IMG/VR virus record: IMGVR_UViG_3300028886_000011
Coordinates: 1 to 49,146 of that record
Origin: a virus
Reading direction: 5' to 3' (one strand)
Length of the DNA stretch: 49,146 nucleotides
Both the position numbers and the translations under genes were made by a program. Under the pieces are notes generated by a model. It saw only the letters and a program-made list of their open reading frames with translations. It made no database searches and was not told where the DNA came from. Positions 24,402 to 33,199 of the stretch are shown here, one piece after another (within the stretch, counting starts at the first letter, position 1; every line of letters begins with the position of its first letter).

Positions 24402-24617
24402 CTACTCAAAATGCCTAAAAATTTTGTCCTGTTCTTTGTAAACTATTGCGGTTATCCGCTGAAAGCTCAGTCCGAATTTTTCAGCCAAATCGCTGTATGT
24501 CATTCCGTCAATAAACCGTAATTTTAAAATCTCTCTGTTTCGTACAGCGTTTCTGCCCCGTATCCATTCATCAATCAATCTTGACAATTCGGAATTTGAA
24601 ACATCTTCAATCCTCAT
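24402..24617 (-). CDS. Sigma-70 region-4-like HTH protein
   Basis: REILKLRFIDGMTYSDLAEKFGLSFQRITAIVYKEQDKI. Confidence 0.6.
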   Translation of the reverse strand: MRIEDVSNSELSRLIDEWIRGRNAVRNREILKLRFIDGMTYSDLAEKFGLSFQRITAIVYKEQDKIFRHFE

Positions 24618-24662
24618 TAGTGCTTCCTCGTTGCTTTTCCTTTTGCGGTAGTTCTGTTCTTT

Positions 24663-25025
24663 TTAGTTCTTTTCTTCACTGTCAACCTCTGCCCCATAGT
24701 AACCAACTCCATTACTGTCACCAATGATATTTACCCCCGTGCCGTCTTGCGTATATTCGTAATCCTCAAAATCATATTGATTTATGTACAATAACCACGA
24801 CACATTACACAACACGATTGATATTATTGCAATTATCAATGCAATCCACAATTTTTTGATGTGTCTTTCCATTCTTGCCATTGTAGCTTCGTACACGATA
24901 AACGGAATTTTTGTTGGGTTTTCAACATGATTTTTTGAATTTTTAACTGTTTCAACATTTTCAACATAGTTTTCAACACCATATGTTGAAGTTGTTGAAA
25001 AGTCTTTTGTGCTTTGATGTTTCAT
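24663..25025 (-). CDS. Single-pass membrane protein with VEN repeats
   Basis: TM segment LWIALIIAIISIVLCNVSWLLYI. N-terminus: VENYVENVETVKNSKNHVEN. Confidence 0.55.
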   Translation of the reverse strand: MKHQSTKDFSTTSTYGVENYVENVETVKNSKNHVENPTKIPFIVYEATMARMERHIKKLWIALIIAIISIVLCNVSWLLYINQYDFEDYEYTQDGTGVNIIGDSNGVGYYGAEVDSEEKN

Positions 25026-25028
25026 GCT

Positions 25029-25937
25029 TTACCCCTCATCATAAATTCGATTTACTTCTTTCTGCACATCATCATACAATGCACCCAGTCTTTCTTCTCT
25101 TTCCTGTCCGTTGCCGTACTTGCCCTGTATAACGTCACGTGCGATTTTATCAAGGTCAATTTTCTTTGTGTAGTCGAGTGCAATCCAGCCTTTCACACCG
25201 TCATATTCGATAAGTCCCCATTTATACTCACCGCCCGATGTCCAGTGTGTTACTTTTACAACGGCATTAAACGGCACTACTCCGAGTTTCTTGAAATCCA
25301 CACCTGCACCTTGTCTTATATTCAAGCCGTCTGTTGCGGTAACTTTTACGGCATAATCAACGACTTTTGAGGAATTAAGCTGATAAATTTCTATCTCTTT
25401 TTTGGTTGCAGTTGAAGTTGATTTTGTTTCGGTCTGCCAGTTCGGGCGGTAAAAGGCATAAACTGTCCAATCGTTGAAATTACGCCATTTTCTTCTAAAA
25501 ACAGACGTTTTCGCCCAGTTTGCGTTATTTCCGTCAACATTGCCTTCAAGAGTTGTAATCGTTGTCCCGTCAAAATCTTCAACTATGCCTACATGGTCAC
25601 AAAAATATTTGTCCTCTCTCGGATAATCGTTGTATCTGAGGAAAAACAAGTCGCCACGCTGTGGGGGCATATTCACCGACTTTTTAAACCATTTTCCGAA
25701 TTTGCCTTCTGAACCTCTCGGAATAGAGCCTGCACCGCCCTCGACCTTTTTGATATATTTCCCTATAAATCCACAATCTTTCATTATCGCACTCACGGCA
25801 TAAGCACACCAATGTGTGATATATCCGAGATGTAATTTCTTATTGCAGACGTAATCCCCGTTACAGCCCAGATATTTCCACGCTGTATCAATGAATTTTT
25901 CTTTATCGGTCACTTTTGTCATCTCCTTTTTCGTCAA
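25029..25937 (-). CDS. Endolysin: CHAP/NlpC-P60 amidase-peptidase, SH3 and CW_7 domains
   Basis: WCAYAVS...DHVGIV (Cys/His pair), an SH3-like segment LNIRQGAG...GWIALDY, and a CW_7-like segment VIQGKYGNGQEREERLGALYDDVQKEVNRI. The start is ambiguous (TTG 25937, ATG 25922 or GTG 25913). Confidence 0.85.
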   Translation of the reverse strand: MTKKEMTKVTDKEKFIDTAWKYLGCNGDYVCNKKLHLGYITHWCAYAVSAIMKDCGFIGKYIKKVEGGAGSIPRGSEGKFGKWFKKSVNMPPQRGDLFFLRYNDYPREDKYFCDHVGIVEDFDGTTITTLEGNVDGNNANWAKTSVFRRKWRNFNDWTVYAFYRPNWQTETKSTSTATKKEIEIYQLNSSKVVDYAVKVTATDGLNIRQGAGVDFKKLGVVPFNAVVKVTHWTSGGEYKWGLIEYDGVKGWIALDYTKKIDLDKIARDVIQGKYGNGQEREERLGALYDDVQKEVNRIYDEG

Positions 25938-26355
25938 CAGTGTTTTTCAGCCTGTTTATCAGCTTTTTCAAAAAGTTCGGAATAGGCACACCCATTCTTG
26001 AAAGATTTTCAAGTACGGAAATCAATTCATTGATGATAAGCCACACCGCTACCAACACAGCGAAAAATACGCTGTAATGGAAGTCAACATTTATCTGCTG
26101 TAAACCTTGCGAGATAAGCCAGTCAATTATCATGGAAGCCAAAACCAGTGCAAGATAACCCACTTTTTTAACAATGCCCTTAATGCCTTCTGTGCTTGAC
26201 AGCTCCGAGTTGTAAGCAGCTGCCAGCATTCCCGTTGCATAGTCAATTATCATGGCACATATCAAAATTATTATGGGTATAGAAACTATCCCGAGATAAT
26301 ACAAAAGTCCCGCAAAAACTGCTGATATGAATGTTTGCAATTCTTTATTCTGCAT
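25903..26355 (-). CDS. Holin (phage_holin_4_1-like)
   Basis: Multiple TM segments, IDYATGMLAAAYN..LSS..GIKGIVKKVGYL, located immediately upstream of the endolysin. Confidence 0.8.
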   Translation of the reverse strand: MQNKELQTFISAVFAGLLYYLGIVSIPIIILICAMIIDYATGMLAAAYNSELSSTEGIKGIVKKVGYLALVLASMIIDWLISQGLQQINVDFHYSVFFAVLVAVWLIINELISVLENLSRMGVPIPNFLKKLINRLKNTVDEKGDDKSDR

Positions 26356-26426
26356 AGTTCCTCAAATTCCTCCGTTTCTTCAAGGTCGATATACTCGACA
26401 TCGGCATTTTTTATCAGAAAACAATA

Positions 26427-27854
26427 TTATGAATAACCTATATTTTTGAAGTCATTTGGATGATGGCGAATAATCCAGTCAACATATTTGCTTATTGTCT
26501 GTGCTGTTCTTACATATCCAAGTACGTTTTCATGAAATCCGTTAAAATAGGTGTTCTGGAAATCATCATCATAAGCAACGTCATAATTGTAAAGATCAAG
26601 ATAGTAACAAGACGGGAAATAATTAGCCATATCTTCAATAGCATCTCTGAAATCACGAAATCTTCGTCCCCATACGGTCATTTTGTTGTGATTTGGCAAA
26701 CCGACAAGAAAAATCTTCGCATCAGGTCGAAGACTCAGAATCAACTTTATAATTCTGGAGTAATTGCCATAAAAAGAAGTGCTTGCAGAGTCTTCTATGT
26801 CTGCACTGGTGCCAACAGATATGTTTGTATCTGCAATATCATTTACACCTAATGCAATAAAATATGCATCACACAGATAGTTGCTTCCATTTTCACGAAG
26901 GTTCCGGACGTTTTGATTTGATGTACTCCAGAAAGTATTAGCTTTCAATCCGCCCACAGAGAAATTATAGGCAGTATTGCCGCACATTTTTGCTATATAC
27001 TGTATCCATGAATACTCGTAATGATCAGTACCGATAACATTATTGTTAGCATCTCTTGACTCCAGACAGCCACTTGAAAGACTGTCACCGATTACACCGA
27101 TTTTTTTGAAAACAGAACATAATCCCCCGATGATAGAAGTATCTCGCAACGGCACATCATCATTCTCCAGATAGTTTTTTATCATTCCGTCAAGCTCATC
27201 TTCAGGAAGAAATTGATTTGTCAGTTCTGCCACTGGTTGCATTAACCAATCCTTGTTGATGTGTTTGCCGAAGGGAACATATTCTAATGTTTGGTATTGT
27301 GGAACATTGTCATAGTCAATGACAGCCATAGGATACAGTACAGATACAGGGAATACTAATCTTATATATTTTACATTATCATCAGCAATACCCCATGTAT
27401 ACAAATCATCCTCATTATAATTCCAAATTCTGATAAAGGTTTTGTTGCTGTCATACTGAGCAAGTTTAACATATCCGCTTATGTTTTTGGTAATGTAAGC
27501 AGGTACATTGTCTACTGCAATATAATCAGTTCTGACATACTCAGAGTAAGTTGTTTCCTCACCTGCATTAGATATGCTTCCTGTTTCGCACGTTTCGAGA
27601 TTGATTATATTGTTGCTGATGTTAAAAACATTCTGAATAATATTATCTATTTTTCCGAATTGTTTTCTGACAGCCTTGCCTGCGGTGGTATAAGTCACTC
27701 CATCTGCACCTGTGCGAATATCAACAAGCTCGGTGTTGCCCTCTGTATCGTTGTTGTGGGCGATAATATTATCCACTCTCGCCCCCAACGCTCGTATGTC
27801 TGCACGGGCTTTTTTGTCCGCTCTCCTATTTGTAATATCGAAAAAATCACTCAT
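26427..27854 (-). CDS. Tail fibre-like protein with a C-terminal SGNH/GDSL esterase domain
   Basis: N-terminus: ELVDIRTGADGVTYTTAGKAVRKQ (Firmicutes phage fibre motif). C-terminus: GVIGDSLSSG ... GVNDI. ATG 27854 has an ATGA overlap after GGAGTGGG. Confidence 0.7.
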   Translation of the reverse strand: MSDFFDITNRRADKKARADIRALGARVDNIIAHNNDTEGNTELVDIRTGADGVTYTTAGKAVRKQFGKIDNIIQNVFNISNNIINLETCETGSISNAGEETTYSEYVRTDYIAVDNVPAYITKNISGYVKLAQYDSNKTFIRIWNYNEDDLYTWGIADDNVKYIRLVFPVSVLYPMAVIDYDNVPQYQTLEYVPFGKHINKDWLMQPVAELTNQFLPEDELDGMIKNYLENDDVPLRDTSIIGGLCSVFKKIGVIGDSLSSGCLESRDANNNVIGTDHYEYSWIQYIAKMCGNTAYNFSVGGLKANTFWSTSNQNVRNLRENGSNYLCDAYFIALGVNDIADTNISVGTSADIEDSASTSFYGNYSRIIKLILSLRPDAKIFLVGLPNHNKMTVWGRRFRDFRDAIEDMANYFPSCYYLDLYNYDVAYDDDFQNTYFNGFHENVLGYVRTAQTISKYVDWIIRHHPNDFKNIGYS

Positions 27855-28111
27855 ATATCCCACTCCGTCCATGTATCAAGGGTACTGTTATAGACAAATG
27901 CCCTTTGCGTGTCGTCCACGATAGCAACATCGCCCGACTGAAAATAAAATTCCGCTCCGTATGTAGCGATATTTGCCCTTGTCAAAACGCTGTTCAGCTT
28001 ATCCACATCAGCACCGACTAAATGCAGATGTTCTTTGTAACGGTCAAATGCGATACTTCCAACGTCTGGAACGTTGTTTTCGTTAAAATTCATGTTCAAA
28101 ATGTTTATCAT
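27851..28111 (-). CDS. Hypothetical tail-associated protein
   Basis: ATG 28111 follows GAGGTGA. Confidence 0.5.
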   Translation of the reverse strand: MINILNMNFNENNVPDVGSIAFDRYKEHLHLVGADVDKLNSVLTRANIATYGAEFYFQSGDVAIVDDTQRAFVYNSTLDTWTEWDI

Positions 28112-28124
28112 ACTTTTCACCTCA

Positions 28125-30002
28125 TCATGCGTTTTCAAGTGCGGTCAATCGTGTTTTTATGCTGTCGAGTTGGTCACGGAGATATGCACACTCCATAGCT
28201 AAACACTCATTGTAGCGTACCCCGTAATCGGTCGTATTACCGTTGGTGTTAGCCCAGTACAAACCGTAATTGCTTGCATTTAACCCCTGTGCTGTAAAAG
28301 CGTCCGAAATATCCTGTGCGGAAAGTCCGATGTGTTTTTTTGAGTTTGTATCAAGAAATTTAAAAATTTTATACTTTACGTTTCCCCATGCTGTCAACAG
28401 ATTTTCGGCTTCCGTTGGTGTGTCACCTGCCGTTGATGGTCTTACAACGCTTGATGTATCACGGTATTTTTCGCTGTCGGCAATGTTTATAGCACCCTTA
28501 CGGACAAAAGCGTTATCCCAAAAGTAATTTTGTGAGCCTAAATTTGCCATTGCTGACGGATAAAAACCATTATTCGACATAGTAAAATCAAGCGTTTCGG
28601 CTTCGCTGTCGGAAAAATTTCTTGATGTAATAAACTTTATAGCACCGTCAGAAGATACATTCAGACTGTTTGTTGACGACAAATAGCCTATCCTTGCCCT
28701 TGTCGTATCTGTCGGACGTTCGAGAGGAATTGAGTTGTTGTAAAAATCACTGTCTGAGCCTATTTTGAAATCAAGGTAAGGAGTGCCGTGAGCGGTCTGT
28801 GTCTGGTCGTTGCCGTCTTTGTAAGTATATGTATCTACACACGAAATCGCAAAAGGCATACTGCCGTTTGAATTTAAAAACTTGAATGCAGGTGCTTCAA
28901 ACAAGGCTGAACCTCTGCTGTGAAGTATTCTTCCCGAATATCCATGTTTCAGCAGATAAAAACCGTAATTTTTGCCCTCCGAATTGCTCCAGCTTGAAGT
29001 ATTGATACCCACCGTTTCGGTGCTGTTTCCGTCCGTGGTATAGCCCGAAAGCACGTCACCTTTTGCATTGGTAACTTTAACGATATGACGAACCGCCATA
29101 GATGAACCGCCTATTGTGATTCCGTTTAAAAAGCCGTTGTGCATAGTAACTCTTTTTACAGCATTACTGTCTGAAGTCGTTTTACCGTTGGCATCTATCG
29201 GAACTGTAACGGTAAAACCATTTATCAAAATACCGTCTGTGGCAGGTCTTCTGCCTCCTCCCACGCAGTGATAACCGTTTATCCACGTGCGGTGTCTGTG
29301 AAAGTCGTCATTTGAAGCATATCCCTCTGTGCCAAGTATGCCGTCTTCTTCCGCTGCATTTAAAGTATAAGTTTCAAGCCCTATCGAGTAACTTGCACTG
29401 TGCCGCCCTTGACTGTAATTTGAACGTCTTGTCACCATAAATCCGCCTGCACATGATTTGCTTGAACCTAATCCCGTTTCGCCTTTTGTGTCGTCTTCTT
29501 CGATACCAAGTTCTTCATCAGTGTATGCAACATCTTCTATTCTTCCGATAACCGCTGCCATACCTACATTTCCACGAAATTTATTGTAACAGGTCGCACC
29601 CATTGCGGTAAAATTCGGTGTGTGATGGTCATCACTTGCCATGACCGAACCGTCACCTATCAATTCATGATAAGCATTGCACATTCTCGTAAAATTATGT
29701 CCCACGTTATCGCTGTAATCAACGACCGTCTGCGTTGCCATAAACGGTGAAACTTCCTTATTGTTAAAGTTTTCAACAAGGTCTCTTTTATGCATGATGA
29801 TGGTATCATCAAATTTGTCACCGCCATGCACCTGTCCCCACCAGCCAAGAGTATCGTCAAACTCGCCGTTTACGGTTATAGCGTTAGTTGACAATCCGTT
29901 AAGCGTTGTCTCTAAATCTTCGAGTTTTCCCATTACTTCCGCATAGGCTTCGCTTTCGCTTGTACCAACTTCAATAACACCTGTGATTTCAATTTCTGGC
30001 AT
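28125..30002 (-). CDS. Tailspike / receptor-binding protein with a C-terminal S74 intramolecular chaperone domain
   Basis: The C-terminus HIGLSAQDISDAFTAQGLNASNYGLY...YNECLAMECAYLRDQLDSIKTRLTALE matches the endosialidase-chaperone pattern. Confidence 0.7.
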   Translation of the reverse strand: MPEIEITGVIEVGTSESEAYAEVMGKLEDLETTLNGLSTNAITVNGEFDDTLGWWGQVHGGDKFDDTIIMHKRDLVENFNNKEVSPFMATQTVVDYSDNVGHNFTRMCNAYHELIGDGSVMASDDHHTPNFTAMGATCYNKFRGNVGMAAVIGRIEDVAYTDEELGIEEDDTKGETGLGSSKSCAGGFMVTRRSNYSQGRHSASYSIGLETYTLNAAEEDGILGTEGYASNDDFHRHRTWINGYHCVGGGRRPATDGILINGFTVTVPIDANGKTTSDSNAVKRVTMHNGFLNGITIGGSSMAVRHIVKVTNAKGDVLSGYTTDGNSTETVGINTSSWSNSEGKNYGFYLLKHGYSGRILHSRGSALFEAPAFKFLNSNGSMPFAISCVDTYTYKDGNDQTQTAHGTPYLDFKIGSDSDFYNNSIPLERPTDTTRARIGYLSSTNSLNVSSDGAIKFITSRNFSDSEAETLDFTMSNNGFYPSAMANLGSQNYFWDNAFVRKGAINIADSEKYRDTSSVVRPSTAGDTPTEAENLLTAWGNVKYKIFKFLDTNSKKHIGLSAQDISDAFTAQGLNASNYGLYWANTNGNTTDYGVRYNECLAMECAYLRDQLDSIKTRLTALENA

Positions 30003-30004
30003 TT

Positions 30005-30340
30005 TTATTCATCTCCTTTAAAAGTCACGGAATTTCTAATGATAAAATACTGTGACTTGACTATTGTATGACACGAACCGTTTGCAAGCTGTACGCTGCA
30101 ATCATAGAAATATCGTTTTGGTGTGATATTTGTATCTTCGGGAGTTAATACAAGCGGATATTTGCCGTTCAACTCATTTGCAGATGTCAGTTTTTTAAAA
30201 ATAACATAATCACCGCCAAATTCGGGACGTACACCAAAACGGATTTTATCACCTGTTTGCAGTGTGTACGGTGTACCGTTCACGGTTTTTAGTGATATGT
30301 TCATGTACAGTGTTCTGCCCTGTTGTACTTCAAGTATCAT
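30005..30340 (-). CDS. Hypothetical tail-module protein
   Basis: 111-aa ORF between Tal and the tailspike. Confidence 0.5.
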   Translation of the reverse strand: MILEVQQGRTLYMNISLKTVNGTPYTLQTGDKIRFGVRPEFGGDYVIFKKLTSANELNGKYPLVLTPEDTNITPKRYFYDCSVQLANGSCHTIVKSQYFIIRNSVTFKGDE

Positions 30341-30485
30341 CTTTTGTCACCTCATCGGGTGCTTTCGTTTTCAGCATTTCACTTAATTTATTAACAATGT
30401 GATTATATACAGGTACTTCCTCACCATTTAAAGTAGTACGTTTCATAAAAATCAGAATGTTGTGTATATCGTTTTTATCAAGCAT
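30330..30485 (-). CDS. Small hypothetical protein (51 aa)
   Basis: ATG 30485 follows TAAGGAGGA. Overlaps the next start. Confidence 0.5.
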   Translation of the reverse strand: MLDKNDIHNILIFMKRTTLNGEEVPVYNHIVNKLSEMLKTKAPDEVTKDDT

Positions 30486-30497
30486 TAAAAATCCTCC

Positions 30498-32456
30498 TTA
30501 TGTCCTTGCAAGCACATAATATGTAGTGCCGTTTATCGTAACCGCCTGTTCAGAATATTGATTGTTTCCAATTTTTAAAGTATCTGTTATCAATATAGCG
30601 TCCGTTTTCAGCAACGAGCGGTTGTTTGTGTCAACGAAAAAACTTCCTATCTCTGAACCATTGTTTTCAAGCGAAAAGTTACTTACAATCGGGGTGTCAA
30701 CATACAATCTATTGTTGCTGTTTTTCATGATTGTTATATCATCGACAACAATCTTATCAGCATATACATCATCTGTAACAACCCTGTCGCTTTCAATGCG
30801 TCCTTTGTTATTTCCGTCTATGTAAAATTTTATTTTTTCGCTGTTCCGCTGACCTATATATGCTTTATTTGCCGTAAGTATGCCGTTTCCATTTTCGCCA
30901 ATAAACATAGATGTTAATACATCGTTGTTCGGAGAATAAAATGTCAATCCACCTGTCCACCATTCGGAGCGATAGTCTTCAAGCATATTCATTGTCACTC
31001 TGCCGTTTAACATATTGATAGACATATTACCATTAACGTCTTGAACAGTACCTGCCTTTATCAAATCGGCATTTAGCTTCCCTGTGGTTATCATGCTCGC
31101 ATTTATACGTCCGTCATCTGTCAGTGCTATATCATCAAAACTGCCGTTATATCCGTTGTGACTATGCCCTAAACCGCCTTTGTTAAATCTCCACACGTTT
31201 ACCGCTGTCGTTTTGTCGGGTTTGTCCATTATCAGTATTTCTTCGGGATAGCCTGTTTCGTTGTTTTGATTTATGACTACATAACCGCCTAAACCGCCCG
31301 TTATCCTTTCGGTTGCGTGTGCAATAGCCTTTTCAGTCAGTGACGGCTGATTTCGTATAAAATCTGACATGACTTTAAACCCCGAGTTCACTTTGTTCAA
31401 AGTAGTTGCAAAATTACTTTTTGCCTGTCCGAGTTCTATTTCGGTGTATCTCTCATTCAAAACGTCATAAGTTGTTTTTATGACTTTTGCCTTGACCGAC
31501 ACTCCCAATGCAGGATATTTCACGGTGACAATATCGCCCAACTTCACACGCTCAAGCAATGATATTGTTTCATACTCTTTCGACTGCCACAACTGCACAA
31601 ATGACACCTTGATGTTTTGTTTGATTTGGTCAATGTCGTTATTGTTTATGTAAGCATTGGCATATTGTCTTAAAAGTTCGCTTGTTATGCGTGTTTCACT
31701 GTCGAATTTATCTGACAGGTCAAGCGGTAATGTTCTCGGCTCTCCGTAATTCGACCTTGACGGCAACTCAATGACTTTTTCGGGTAGTTCATAATAATCT
31801 CCGTCTTCGTCCGTTGCATACGGATATACACTTGTGTACACGTCTGCTATGCTTGTATCGGCTGTTATATCCGTAAGATTTTTGCCGTATTGGATAGTAA
31901 CACCGTTATCTTGCCCCCTGCTGTTGTAGTGCTTGATAGTAAAATTATCAAACTCAAACTCACCCTTGAAGTTGTCAAGCACACTGCCCTCCATACCGCC
32001 CAGACATTTTCGGGCTGATACGGGGATTTTTAAATCAAACTTGCTTCGGGTGTTTGAATAGCTAACCGCTGTAAATCGGTGTGCATAATAGCAGTGGTCA
32101 AGTATAGCGTTCAGTACCGTTGTGGCATTTGTCGTTGAGAGTGTAAACGGTGTAACGGTGTTTCCGTTCAAATCGTAAGAGATGTGCTGACAATAAATCT
32201 TGACAATTCCGTTTATCGGTTTTGATATGCGGTATATCTTAAATAATTGTGGTGTAGCAGTTTCATTCGGTTTTACTTTGATTATCCTGTCGGGAACGAT
32301 TTCTTTGTAAAAATTGCCCGTTATCGGATAGCTGAACTCACATTCAAAAATGCCGTTTAATTCCTCTGTTGATGTGCATTTTGTGCAGTCTTTCAACCAC
32401 CCAATGCCGTTCTTTGTGAAGTTTGTTTCTGAACTGTTATATAAAATCGGTATCAT
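30498..32456 (-). CDS. Tail-associated lysin-like / Tal (prophage tail endopeptidase family)
   Basis: MIPILYNSSETNFTKNGIGWLKDCTKCTSTEELNGIFECEFSYP is the typical N-terminus. Follows Dit. Confidence 0.75.
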   Translation of the reverse strand: MIPILYNSSETNFTKNGIGWLKDCTKCTSTEELNGIFECEFSYPITGNFYKEIVPDRIIKVKPNETATPQLFKIYRISKPINGIVKIYCQHISYDLNGNTVTPFTLSTTNATTVLNAILDHCYYAHRFTAVSYSNTRSKFDLKIPVSARKCLGGMEGSVLDNFKGEFEFDNFTIKHYNSRGQDNGVTIQYGKNLTDITADTSIADVYTSVYPYATDEDGDYYELPEKVIELPSRSNYGEPRTLPLDLSDKFDSETRITSELLRQYANAYINNNDIDQIKQNIKVSFVQLWQSKEYETISLLERVKLGDIVTVKYPALGVSVKAKVIKTTYDVLNERYTEIELGQAKSNFATTLNKVNSGFKVMSDFIRNQPSLTEKAIAHATERITGGLGGYVVINQNNETGYPEEILIMDKPDKTTAVNVWRFNKGGLGHSHNGYNGSFDDIALTDDGRINASMITTGKLNADLIKAGTVQDVNGNMSINMLNGRVTMNMLEDYRSEWWTGGLTFYSPNNDVLTSMFIGENGNGILTANKAYIGQRNSEKIKFYIDGNNKGRIESDRVVTDDVYADKIVVDDITIMKNSNNRLYVDTPIVSNFSLENNGSEIGSFFVDTNNRSLLKTDAILITDTLKIGNNQYSEQAVTINGTTYYVLART

Positions 32457-33199
32457 CTTGTCCTCCACCTCGGTGTTATCTCGATTTTAGACACGTTACC
32501 CGCCCACGATATTGTATTATTTCCAGGCGACAAAACAGGAAATGAGTTTGCTTGATAATCATTATTTTTATTTGTCATTTGCTTATAAACGTTCATGCTA
32601 TCACTGTCACATTCAACAAAACCAGTGACATTCAAGAAATTGTACTGCCCCCCTCCTATGTGGAGGTATATATCGCCGTTACCGTAAATCTTGATGTACG
32701 GCAAACTGTCGTACATTTCGGGATTGTATAAAACGGTATTTTTTGCTGTTATCGTTTGCTTTTCATCTCCGTCAATTCGGTATAAAAACGGCTTGCAGTT
32801 AAAGGTCAACGAGAATTGTCCGACAGACCAATGCTCGCCATTATCGATTTCAAGCCCCTCTATCAGACACGCTTTACGATAGTATTCGGGTGTATAACTG
32901 TCGTACAGATTGTAATATTTGCCGTCCTCGACAAGCACACGTTTCATATCTTCAAGCGAGTAAAAGAAATTCTCGTTTTCAGAAATCTCGCTGAATTGTG
33001 TAGCGAAAAGCGACAATTCATACTCGATTTTTTTATTTTTATGTTTTTTATTATCAATGACAATATCGCCGTCACGTCCGGGCACTGAAATGAAAGATAT
33101 GTCACGCTCTGAACGGTCAAAAGTGTTTTTCTTTCTGACAAGAACATTGTGGTCACGACTATCAAAGCTCTTGAATACAAGCCAATTTATCGTACTCAT
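32453..33199 (-). CDS. Distal tail protein (Dit)
   Basis: Position between the tape measure and Tal. Contains VPGRDGDIVID. Confidence 0.7.
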   Translation of the reverse strand: MSTINWLVFKSFDSRDHNVLVRKKNTFDRSERDISFISVPGRDGDIVIDNKKHKNKKIEYELSLFATQFSEISENENFFYSLEDMKRVLVEDGKYYNLYDSYTPEYYRKACLIEGLEIDNGEHWSVGQFSLTFNCKPFLYRIDGDEKQTITAKNTVLYNPEMYDSLPYIKIYGNGDIYLHIGGGQYNFLNVTGFVECDSDSMNVYKQMTNKNNDYQANSFPVLSPGNNTISWAGNVSKIEITPRWRTR

